A stretch of 64,000 nt of DNA, taken from Octopus bimaculoides (Eukaryota). Positions 53,501-64,000 of this stretch are shown one piece after another. The stretch is taken from assembly GCF_001194135.2 (NCBI RefSeq), contig NC_069002.1:4049535-4113534 (forward strand). The letters are read 5' to 3'. The notes beneath the pieces are model-generated. The model had not been told where the DNA came from and made no database searches. It was given only the letters and a program-made list of their open reading frames with translations. Made by a program: the position numbers and the translations under genes. Each line of letters starts with the position of its first letter. Position 1 is the stretch's first letter.

Positions 53501-56500
53501 TTCCTCCAGGGAATTTCGTCTTCAGTGGTGGTTATGGTTGACTATAACTGGGCTTTCATTGACGTGTGCATTCAGGTATGTTTCCTTAACATATTCTTTC
53601 TCTTCCCCCAATTTCTCTCTTCCTCTCCCTCCCATTTCATTTCATTTCTTTCTCCTCTTCCTTCCACCCCCACCTGTCTTTGATTCAATGTTCTAATGCA
53701 TTAATTTTCTTTGATTTGCAGCATTAAATATATTGGTATGATGACTTTCATCCTTGTGTTGCTGTCAATTTTCAAAGACTATTGGTTAATGTTAGCAGAT
53801 ATTCTCAAATCTGATGTGAGTTTTTCTTATATTTTTTGAAGGTTTTGTGTGTGTAGGTGTGTGGTATGTTACGTGTGTGTAAGAGGTTTGGTGGCTGTAA
53901 TCCTGGAAATGTTAGCTATGAAGAAATTAGATATGAACAGGTATGGGGTGTGTCATAAGAAGCTTGCTTCCTAACTGCATTGTTCTGAGTTCAGTCCCTC
54001 TGTGTGACAGCTTGGGTTATAGCCTTGGGACAACCAAATCCTTGTGAGTGGATTTGCTTGACAGAAACTGAAAGAAGCCCACCATATATATATATATATA
54101 TATGTGCGTGTGTGTGTGTGTGTGCATGTGTCTGTCTCTGTGTTTGCCCCCCCCCCCATCACTGGTTGACAACTGGTGTTGTGTTTATGTCCCCATAACT
54201 TAGCAGTTTGTCAAAAAAGACTAATATAATGAGAGGTAGGCTTAAAAAATAAGAAGAAAAAACTCGTACTGGGGTCAATTTGTTCAGCTGCCCCAGACTA
54301 AATAATAACCGGAACCTTTGTGTGTGCGTAAATGTGTAGAAGTGTGTCTCTGCTCTTCTGAAAGTAATATTTTCTTTCCATCTTTGCTCTCCAACCGACA
54401 GTTGTGCCTCATTCAACATTTCTTTGCACGCTTCATGTGTCTGTGTATCATTCCTGCATTCCTCTACATTGGAATATTCTTCATACATCTGAGCATTCTC
54501 ACCAAAGCTGGACCCCATGATAACGTCATGACCAGTGCGTTTCAGGCTAGCCTTGAGGTAAGTAAGACCTACTTGAATCCTTCATCATCGATATGGTCTG
54601 TTTAAATGCTAAAAGGTTAATGCACTAAAACTATTTTCTCTGAATATGTGCTGCTGAAATTGGAGTGCATCTTAGATGCCTGGATGACTTTTATGCCCTC
54701 AAACATATGGTATATTGTTTTTATTTCTTATATTCTTTGATGGCATTTAAAAAGCATTTCCTTTTTGAAAAATATTTCCCAAAATCACCTTGGGTCTCCC
54801 ATAAACTACGATATGCTTTAATGTACTAAAATCTTTTCTTCCTGACTATGGGATTATAATATGCTTGTGCATCTTTTCATGGCATCAAAAATAATGTATA
54901 TTGCTTTCATTTCTTCTGTTCTTTCTTTAAAGGGTGGTTTGGCAGCACTGACCAAAGGCCAGCCACTAAATGTAGCTTACGGGTCACAAATCACGTTGCG
55001 CTACAACAACAATCCATCACCTGGTCGACCTTGCTGGTTACATTCCCACCCACACGTCTACCCGATCCGATATGTAGATGGCCGAGGCAGCAGCCACCAA
55101 CAACAAGTGACCTGTTACATCTTTAAAGATCTCTACAACTGGTGGATTATTAAACATCCAAACAGGTAGGTCAAAGGTCAACTCTTGTTCTAAGTAAACC
55201 CTACTTTTCTGTGTGTCTGTCTTTTACTCAGCTTCCTCCTTATAACTAGATACCTGTGCTTTTCCTTCTGTTGTATTTTTAGTCTCTCAACACCCGGCAT
55301 AGAGCCACCTCCCCACTTCAAATACTTCCCTATACTTTAGCTGAGGGGATGGTTTTATCATGTTCGTTTCTTGTCTTCAAAGTTACTTGGTGACGTCCCT
55401 AGCACTGGTGCATGTAAAATGCACCTAGTATACACTGGGTTGACATTAGGAAGGGTATTCAGATGCAGAAACCATTCCAAAGTTTACACTGGAGCTCAAC
55501 ACAGCCCTGCGGCTTGCCCGATCCTATCAAGCTATCCAACCCATGCCAGCATAGAAAACAGACGTTGAATGATGATGGTGATGATGATGACTTACTTTTC
55601 ATTCTCTGCAGCCTGTCCTCTCTCTCAATCACTTCTGCAGCCTGTCCTCTCTCTCACTCACTCCTTGCTCTCTTTCTTTCCCACTGGGGTCGATGTAATT
55701 GATCGACCCCTTCCTCGAAATTGCTGGCCTTGTGCCAAAATTTGAAACCAATATAATCTCTCTCTCTTATTCTCTTCCAGCAACACGTTAATGGTAAATG
55801 ACCCTCCACAGCCAGTGAAACATGGAGACTTAATCCAGTTGGTACATGGATTAACAGGCAGAGCATTAAACAGGTCTGTTGTCTTGGTAACTGATATGCC
55901 TTTCCGGGTTTTTTTTTTTTTTAGTTCTCTTTTGTTTTTTCGCTTATTTGTGTGTGTGTGTGTGGTAGATGGAGGTTGTGTGAGAGGAGGGGTGGGAGTC
56001 ATGGTAGAAACAGTTGTGTGAGTGTGGTGGTGGTGGAAGAAACTGAATGAGCATGAATAAGAATGAATGTGGTTTGTAGCAGGAATTGTGAGTGAGGGCA
56101 GTTTGTGGTAGAAAAGATGAGTGAGGGCAGTTTGTGGTAGAAAGGATGAGTGAGGGCAGTTTGTGGTAGAAAGGATGAGTGAGGGCAGTTTGTGGCAGGN
56201 NNNNNNNNNNNNNNNNNNNNNNNNNNNNNNNNNNNNNNNNNNNNNNNNNNNNNNNNNNNNNNNNNNNNNNNNNNNNNNNNATGAGTGAGGGCAGTTTGTG
56301 GCAGAAAGGATGAGTGAGGGCAGTTTGTGGTAGAAAGGATGAGTGAGGGCAGTTTGTGGTAGAAAGGATGAGTGAGGGCAGTTTGTGGTAGAAAGGATGA
56401 GTGAGGGCAGTTTGTGGCAGGAATTATGTCAAAAAGTATTGGAGACTACAAAGAAAGCAGATAAATAAAAAAGATCCATTTCTGCTGAACTCTTAAAAAT

Positions 56501-59500
56501 AATGCAACCTAGCATAATGACTCTATCGTTTTCTGTGTTCTTAATTCCATTCACTTACTGTCGTTGACTAGCCATGATGTAGCAGCACCCATGAGTCCAC
56601 AGAACCAAGAAGTCTCTTGCTACATCGACTACAATGTATCGATGCCATCACAAAACCTCTGGAGAGTCGTAAGTCTGTTTTCTTTGAGCTTTTTCTCTTG
56701 TTCTCTCCCTTTCTCTCTCTTCATCTTCCCTTTCTCTCCCTCTAACCCTGACCCTCTCCCAACCAATGGAGCCCATCTGCCAGTTTCTGATCTCTTTAAT
56801 AAAACTTTATTTGTTTATATTTTATCTTCTACTTGTCTCAGTCATTAGACTGTGGCCATGCTGGGGCACCGCCTTGAATTTTAGGCAAATGAATCGACCC
56901 CAATACTTATCCTTTTTTCTAAAACCTGGTACTTATTATATCGGTTTCTTTTGCTGAACCACTAAGTTATGGGACATAAACACACCAACACTGGTTGTCA
57001 AGTGGTGGTGGGGAGGACAGAGACTCTCAATACTGTGGGACTGAACTTGGAACCATGTGGTTGGGAAACAAAGTGCTTACCATACAGCCATACCTGTACC
57101 TATATTTCCATTAAACTCTACTTGGTTATCTTTATTTTTCATTTTTTCTGAATTTTTCAAATTGTAAAGGTATTTTAGGGACCCTCTGTATTTTGTATAC
57201 TTCTGCCTCGTTTCTCCCCATCCTCTTCCTTTTTGCATCTCGTCCCCTTCATCTGATGCACATGAGAGGAATCCTTATTATTATTATTTCATTAAGCTGT
57301 GAGCTAGCAGACTTTGTTAGCATGCTGTGCAAAATGCTTCGTGATATTTTGTCCGTCTGTACATGCTGAGGTTGACTTTGCCCTTCGTCCTTTCTGTGTC
57401 CTTATAAAATAAGTACCAGTTGAACACTGGAGCTAATGTAATTGACTTACTATCCTTCCCTGAAATTTCTGGTCTTGGTACTAAAATTTGAAACCATTAT
57501 TGGTATTATTATTAGGAACTTGTGAATCGTGATTCTGACCAAGACAATTGGCAAACCATTAACAGTTTATTGAGGTTACACCATGTCAATACAAGTCAAG
57601 CACTTAAGGTAAGCAACAGTTCTTCTGATTGTCATTTTCAACATATCGAGTCTCTTTCTCTCGATTTATCTCGTCTGTATTTCTATCTATATTTTTGCTC
57701 TCTGTTTTTATTTCTGTCTGTCTTGTCTGTCTGTGTGTTGCCTTGTCTGTCTGTCTGTGTGTTGCCTTGTCTGTCTGTCTGTTCTGTCTGCCTTGTTGTT
57801 TGTCTCACTGTGTGATGCCATCTGTCTACCTTGTCGTCTGTCTGTCTGCTGCCCTGTCTGTCTTGTGTGCCTGTCTGTCTGTATGTCACTACAGCTTTAC
57901 ACTGTATATCTTCAGGTGTCTGGCAAGCAGTTACCAGAATGGGGGTTCCATCAGCTGGAAGTGGTCACAGATCGAATCGCAGAACAGGACCCCACTATTT
58001 GGAATGTGGAGGAACACCGCTACACCAAAGGTCTGTATTCATTAACTGTGTTCCTTTTCCATCCCATAAGATGCTATCTTACCTTTTCCTTCGCGCTCCT
58101 CTTCGGTTCCCCATATCTAATGTTGGGGTAGCACTGCATCTCCTCCTACTCAACCCCCCCCCCATTCTAACACTCTACCTCTTCCTCACTATGCCTCTAA
58201 TACTCCTTTTCACTTTCCCTTCTATTAATCCCTTCCCTAACACTACCTTGGACTCTGAAAAGACCCTCCAACCCATGCAAGCATAGCAAACAGCACAACT
58301 TATCCCATCGTTGACTTCACGAATTCAACCCACCCCATTTACCATTATCACTTTGTTTTATATCCTGGTGTTGGATAAATAATTTAATGAGGCAGTAAAG
58401 AAAGAAAGTAGTCAGATGATACAATACAGTTACTGTTACGTGAGGTTAAACACTCTCTACCAACAGCTCACAGTGAACTGCCTGCCCACCATTGCTCATA
58501 TCAACTCGACAGATCTTTATTTCATAGCAATATGTCAGTCCACTTTTAGTCACTTGAGCAGGTAGTTGGAATCCTTCCACAACACTTCGTATCCCTGCTC
58601 TCCTTCAAACTACTCTGGTACTATTTTTTTCTTTCTCCATCCCCTCAAGCACTTGAAGAGTGTGCCCCAGTATGGCCACAGTCCAGTAAACAAAAAAAAA
58701 AAGAATATTGAATAAGTCCATGCTCCCCTCCTCTTGATATTATAACATTGAATGACTGTGCAGCCCTGCAGCTTACCAGCTCCATTCAAACCAGCCAACC
58801 ATGTCAACCCATGCCAACATGGAGAACAGATGTTAAATGATGATGATGGATTAATTCAATTAAGTGAAATATATTTAATGAAATGATTTTAATTTTCTGG
58901 TTTCAGCTTCTGGTAAAGAAGGACAGACCCGAGAGTTGAGTGAAGCGGAAATGATTCCATCGGAACCGACTCGGTTGTCTTTGTGGGCCAAATTTTGGGA
59001 GTTACAGGTGAGAGCTATTAAAGGGTTTATAACATTGAGTTTAGTTGTAGTAAGTTCATCCTGGGGAGATCTCATTGATTGTATCATTAGTTATAGGGAA
59101 CAACCACTACAGCTTCAGGAGATGAGGGGGTTCTCTATGCAGTTGTTGAAGCTGCTAGAAATAGGAGCTAAATATCCTTCAGGTTACACCCTACTCTTTT
59201 AAAGAGAAGACAGAGATAATAGTTTTAAATACACTTAGGTTACACCCTACTCTTTTAAAGAGAAGACAGAGATAATAGTTTTAAATACACTTAGGTTACA
59301 CCCTACTCTTTTAAAGAGAAGACAGAGATAATAGTTTTAAATACACTTAATGTCTGGAAATGAAAATGGGAAGGTGAAGACTGAAATGGTGAAAATAAGT
59401 CTCATTTGTTTTGGTGATGTTATTTCTACTTCAGGTGAAAATGATTTCCTCAAATCATGATGTAGATTTGGAACATAAATACAGCTCTGGTCCTTTGGAA

Positions 59501-59631
59501 TGGCCACTTATGGACAAGAATGTTGCTTACTGGATCAGTCCTAATACCAATGTAAGTTCTCTTGGATTGTTATACACACACACACATGATGAGGGTTCCG
59601 GTTGATGTACATGTAATATGTACACATATAT

Positions 59632-59680
<49 letters not shown>

Positions 59681-61405
59681 AGTGTGGCTGTGTGGTAAGA
59701 AATTTGGTTCCAAAGCACATGGTCCTGGGTTCAGTACCATTGTGTGGTGACTTGGCATGTGTCTTCTGCTATAGCCTCAGACAAACCAAAGCCTTCTGAG
59801 TGGATTTTGTGGACAGAAACTGAAAGAAATCAATCGTATATATATATGTATGTATATATGTAAGTGTATGTGTGTGTCTTTGTCTCTACGTTTCTCCCTC
59901 ATCACTGCTTCAAAACGGCTGTTTGTTCATTTACATCCCCATAACTTACTGGTTTGACAAGAAGAAACTGATAGAATAAGTACCAGGCTTATCAAAATAA
60001 AAAAAAAAAGCACTAGGCAGTGTCTCATATTTTTGTTTACCCACTCAAATCGAATCTATCAATCAATCTATCTAGTGAATGTGATTAATTTATTTTTTAA
60101 GGCTCAGATTCATCTCCTGGGGAATATTTTCATCTGGTATCTCTGCACCGCTTCCCTGTTTGGTTATTTGAGCCTGTGGATATTTTATATGCTCCGAAGA
60201 CGACGTTGTTTATTTGATTTAAATGAAGGTCAGTATAAAATGTATTGAATTCCAGGTGAAAGACGTGTGTATGTGTTGTGTTTGTGCTATGTATTGTTAT
60301 GTGTAGTTCTTTGTATGCTGTGTTCTGTAACCTTATCAATTGTACAACTTCTGTCACTTCCTCTGAGCCCGTAAGTATTTCCTTGTATTTAGCAGATGGT
60401 AACTGAACTATTGCTCATCCATTATTCTGGTAATATTTATCCCTACTTAAACATGGATGTTCTGTTAATACAAACTTTACTGCGGTGGATACCAAGAGAA
60501 TAACTCTATTGGCTTTTGGTGCAAAATGCATTCGTTTATATCACTATCAGGGGAGATAAATCTCCAGCACCTCCAGCACTGAGATCACCAAATCACTTGG
60601 TTTCGACCTTCTTTGGTCTCGTTAATAATGGCTGCTCAGCTGTTCACCAGCAACTCATTTCCCTGCCAGCAATACAAAGAATAACAGTACCAGAACAGGC
60701 ACTGGTGTCGGGATTAGTCAGTGGGGTGATTAAAAAATATTTATTAGCGACAGAGGCAGTATTAATACAGAACGGTAATATTCATCCTCATTTAAATGTG
60801 GATACTGAGCTACTGTGTGGATTGATATCAATTTAATACACATATCAGAATAGCGACTAATAATTTCATGCTCGGAGATGCATGGTGTATTTTAGAAATA
60901 TTCCTATTTAAGGTCTCATAAAAGTATGAAACTATTAGTCATATATATACATACACTTTCACCATGGAAAAGCAGACGATGATGATGATGATCATGATAT
61001 ATATATTTATATATAAATGTACACATTTTTTTTCACTTCACTGTGGTTGTTCAAGGCCACTTATGAAGGGTGTAGCAATCCCTCTGTTCAATCTAGAAAT
61101 TCATTTCCTTGGAGGGCAGGATTTGGATGTAGAGTGACCCAAACGAATAACATTAAAATCATTTCTTTGATGCTCTACCGATTCTACCAATCCACTCTAC
61201 AATGTCTGTATTTCTTTTCCATTTCAGTCGAGTGGGACCAGTTTACATTCACGGGTCAGCTTCTGATTGGAGGTTTCTTATTTCATTACCTGCCTCACTT
61301 CGTAACGGATCGCACCCTCTTTCTACACCATTACCTGCCGGCCTTCCTCTTTCAGGTGATCACCTGTGCTGCTCTCTTTGACCATTTCATTCTCATATCT
61401 GCCAG
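47588..61405 (+). CDS. POMT1: Protein O-mannosyltransferase 1; 18 exons visible, C-terminal exon(s) not found in the window
   Basis: In-phase exons: 47588-47680 (first exon, less certain), 51491-51636, 52024-52127, 52268-52318, 52749-52895, 53070-53178, 53510-53575, 53722-53815, 54402-54557, 54933-55165, 55781-55873, 56572-56668, 57516-57608, 57916-58030, 58907-59007, 59435-59551, 60102-60228, 61228-61405; 2120 nt. Motifs VVFDELHF (catalytic DE), [40 protein letters not shown]-domain [51 protein letters not shown]. The [18 protein letters not shown] and AQIHLLGN segments favour POMT1 over POMT2. Confidence 0.97.
47824..48945 (+). repeat. Degenerate ~79-bp tandem repeat (7 units) carrying the same motif, interrupted by the MITE
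   Basis: TTGGC(T/G) cores at 47824, 47903, 47982, 48057, 48135/48760 (split), 48849, 48928; unit resembles GTGTTTTGAGGGAGATTTGGCTGCTATTTCTAGCA. Confidence 0.85.
48140..48756. mobile_element. Non-autonomous foldback DNA element (MITE) with ~180-bp TIRs and 8-bp TSD
   Basis: Left arm 48140-48322 (GGCACTATCATGCTATTAGCTGTCAGAAGTGAAAGTGCTCACTGCTAG..) is the near-perfect reverse complement of 48575-48756 (..CTGACAGCTAATAGCATGACAGTGCC). GATTTGGC lies directly on both sides (48132-48139 and 48757-48764). No ORF inside. Confidence 0.9.
53960..54305 (+). mobile_element. Bipartite SINE with internal (TA)n/(TG)n microsatellite (family B here)
   Basis: Head AAGAAGCTTGCTTCC..GTTCAGTCCC..CCAAA.CCTTGTGAGTGGATTTG..GAAACTGAAAGAAGCCC, then microsatellite, then tail CCCCCATCACTGGTTGACAAC..CCCCATAACTTAGCAGTT..TACTGGGGTC. 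A similar full copy at ~59675-60010; heads or tails at ~30309-30470, ~35648-35790, ~42150-42310, and on minus at ~985-1420, ~1880-2080, ~22720-22880, ~28480-28800, ~52340-52520, ~56815-57075. Confidence 0.8.
56089..56420. repeat. 29-bp minisatellite spanning a gap, POMT1 intron
   Basis: Unit GAGTGAGGGCAGTTTGTGGTAGAAAGGAT repeated on both sides of the N-run at 56200-56280. Confidence 0.93.
59181..59348. repeat. Three perfect tandem copies of a 56-bp unit in a POMT1 intron
   Basis: AGGTTACACCCTACTCTTTTAAAGAGAAGACAGAGATAATAGTTTTAAATACACTT starts at 59181, 59237 and 59293. Confidence 0.95.
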
Positions 61406-61497
61406 GTAAAACCAGTTCTCTTTTCCAACTTCGTGTATGTCTTTTATCTTTTACTTGTTTCACTCATTGGACAGCTGCCATACAGGAGTACTACCTT

Positions 61498-61760
61498 CAG
61501 TGTTTCTCAACCATTTTTTGTTTTTGGACCCTTTTGGTTCCTTTTTTTTCTCTACTGGACCCCCAAACCCATTCAATATTTAAAAAAGGTCCCATTATAT
61601 TTTTATAATTAAATGATATTAGGAACTGTGTAGAAAAAATTGTTAAAATGTTTTCTATATTTGTAGAAGTATAATCTATTTAATGTGGTACCGTGTAAAG
61701 GCACCTGTGCCACGCCACGTAAAAGCATAGTTTGTTTGCCCTAATTGTTGGGAACCATGG
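61498..61760. mobile_element. Possible hAT/Charlie-type MITE remnant
   Basis: Begins CAGTGTTTCTCAACC, resembling Charlie TIRs. The distal end (GTTGGGAACCATGG) matches only loosely and no TSD was found. Confidence 0.3.
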
Positions 61761-62616
61761 GTGTAAGCTCTCTTGCCAACAAGAGAGAGAGGGACTTACG
61801 TGTTGGGGGATTTCGATGGCCAGATGATGTGTTTAGGCGTTGTTAGTTTGCCATTAGTTGTTGGGAACCAAAGGCGTAAGCTCTCTTACCACGACAAGGT
61901 CACGCCAACAAGAGAGTGGGACTTGGGTTTCAGAGGGTTTCAGGGGCCAGATGATAATGAACATGAGGATGTGTTGGGTTGGGGAAAAGGGAGCAAGAAA
62001 CAGTGCAATAATGTTGAGGGAACGAAAGGGTGGGACAGAGAGGGCTTGGGTGTGGCAAGGAAGAAAGTGGTTTGAATGAAAAAAGGAGGGGGCGTGGCAA
62101 GGATAAGNNNNNNNNNNNNNNNNNNNNNNNNNNNNNNNNNNNNNNNNNNNNNNNNNNNNNNNNNNNNNNNNNNNNNNNNNNNNNNNNNNNNNNNNNNNNN
62201 NNNNNNNNNNNNNNNNNNNNNNNNNNNNNNNNNNNNNNNNNNNNNNNNNNNNNNNNNNNNNNNNNNNNNNNNNNNNNNNNNNNNNNNNNNNNNNNNNNNN
62301 NNNNNNNNNNNNNNNNNNNNNNNNNNNNNNNNNNNNNNNNNNNNNNNNNNNNNNNNNNNNNNNNNNNNNNNNNNNNNNNNNNNNNNNNNNNNNNNNNNNN
62401 NNNNNNNNNNNNNNNNNNNNNNNNNNNNNNNNNNNNNNNNNNNNNNNNNNNNNNNNNNNNNNNNNNNNNNNNNNNNNNNNNNNNNNNNNNNNNNNNNNNN
62501 NNNNNNNNNNNNNNNNNNNNNNNNNNNNNNNNNNNNNNNNNNNNNNNNNNNNNNNNNNNNNNNNNNNNNNNNNNNNNNNNNNNNNNNNNNNNNNNNNNNN
62601 NNNNNNNNNNNNNNNN

Positions 62617-62661
<45 letters not shown>

Positions 62662-62779
62662 CACACACACAGAAACACTAACACGCACACACATGTATTA
62701 TAGTTTTATTGAAACACGTAATATGGCAAAGTGATTGGTTGAAATGTTGCTGAAGGCAAAGGGTTGACACTGAATTGCT

Positions 62780-63580
62780 GATGTGGTTGTAGATTAAGGA
62801 ATATAAAACTGAGCCTATGCAGTCACATGGGAACATGCAGTAATGAATTCCATGTTAAAATAAGGTGTAATGGCTTTCTGCATGGTTGGTGGGAGTTATT
62901 GGAGAATACACTTTGATACTGAAGTCCATGCAGGAAACTGCTTTGTTGATGCAGTCTTCGAGTTTGTTGGTATCATGTCGAAATTGTATCCATCTTTACC
63001 TTTCAGAAAGAGTAGTGGATACTGTCAGATGTAGTAATTCCTACAAGACCTCTTGGTAAACAATATTCTTTGTTTTCCCTTGTGGAACAAATGCAAATGG
63101 ATTCTTTTTGCTTTCCACTCCAGAGCAGTCAACACATAATTGCCCGGGTGCGAAGTACAACTCTTCCAAATGAAGTCCTACTACAGGCAGTGGTAGTTTA
63201 TTGACCCTGGGGTTTATTGATAGACATTGCGAAGCTGATACGAATAGGAAATTGCACCCTTCTGAATGAAAAAGAAATTTCTACTCCCAATGGAATGAAA
63301 GGAATTCTGGGTATGAAAATATCCTTGCTTTTCCACATCCAGAGAAAATGGTGACCTCAATAATATGAGCCATCATCTTCCTTACCACCAGACATGTCCC
63401 ATTGCAGAGTGTTGGTGGAGTTCCCACTATAAGTTCCGATCTGGGAATTGTATCAACTGACTTATAGATGCAAGGACTTCCAGGAAGGCACTGAAGTAGC
63501 TGCTCATTAAATTTACTTATAGTGCTATTTTTTTGAACCAGTATTTGAGCTAATTGAGATTGTGATAATTTTTCAACCAA
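62780..63580 (-). mobile_element. Helitron RepHel remnants (PIF1-like helicase C-terminus plus a Rep-side fragment)
   Basis: Minus strand: ILVQKNSTISKFNEQLLQCLPGSPCIYKSVDT..LCNGTCLVVRKMMAHIIEVTIFSGCGK, then after frameshifts IPRIPFIP..FRRVQFPIRISFAMSINKPQGQ*, VGLHLEELYFAPGQLCVDCSGV..GKTKNIVYQEVL* (stop 63041-63043). QYPLLFLKGKDGY and KAVSCMDF follow at 63024-62921. Confidence 0.85.
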
Positions 63581-64000
63581 TAGACGATCTCCTCTTTGGA
63601 GACGTTATGTTAAGAAATGTGGTGTAATCAACTAAGATAATTGTATGTTAATAATGAAATGTCTATAAAAAAGGTAAATAATTTGAATATCGTAGCAAAT
63701 TTTAAGAAATACATACAATGAACTGAGATGACAGTTATGTTATTAATTAAATGTCAATAAAAAACATTAATTAATATCAGTATTTTAAAAGATAATAAAA
63801 CATTCAGCAGATTAATCATATGGGATGTAAGGGAGACTATCAATTTCTGAAAGTTACTTCGCAAAGAGTTACCTCTCTTCTCCACGTCACCCAGGAACAT
63901 AAATAATGTATGTTACGAGTTTGGAGAAAATTGTGAAGTTATACGAGTTATGCGAGTTTACATACACACACACGCTGACGTTTATATATATAGAGAGAGG

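Noticed and set aside
60516-60836. 106-aa plus-strand ORF inside POMT1
   Set aside because: Intronic, does not fit the POMT1 exon chain and lacks recognisable motifs; better explained as the opposite strand of a repeat remnant.
61406-64000. Search for the final POMT1 exon(s)
   Set aside because: No in-phase segment resembling the POMT1 C-terminus was found; it lies in gap 62108-62617 or beyond the window, so this is not evidence of pseudogenisation.

Overview
AT-rich, microsatellite- and SINE-dense eukaryotic DNA with 12 N-gaps. It is most consistent with an octopus draft assembly (inferred from repeat style, not verified). Nearly all ORFs in the supplied track are artefacts of microsatellites or N-runs; the real genes are spliced and were rebuilt by hand using GT-AG junctions and phase continuity. 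Four genes: (1) the 3' half of a front-end fatty acyl desaturase (+, 298-7120); (2) a single-domain hexokinase with divergent motifs (+, ~28028-36982, parts hidden in gaps); (3) ADPRM (-, 39716-41228, complete); (4) POMT1 (+, 47588-61405, last exon(s) not seen). The rest is tRNA-derived SINEs (including a ~3.5 kb head-to-tail array), RTE LINE, Penelope-like and Helitron remnants, and a young long-TIR foldback element. I found no convincing wholly new biological system. Best leads: the atypical hexokinase, a Ser at the ADPRM position equivalent to human Cys253, a POMT1 splice acceptor built from a SINE tail, 17 copies of a 19-bp motif bracketing the probable POMT1 promoter, the foldback MITE, and a hammerhead-like motif in a Penelope-like terminus.
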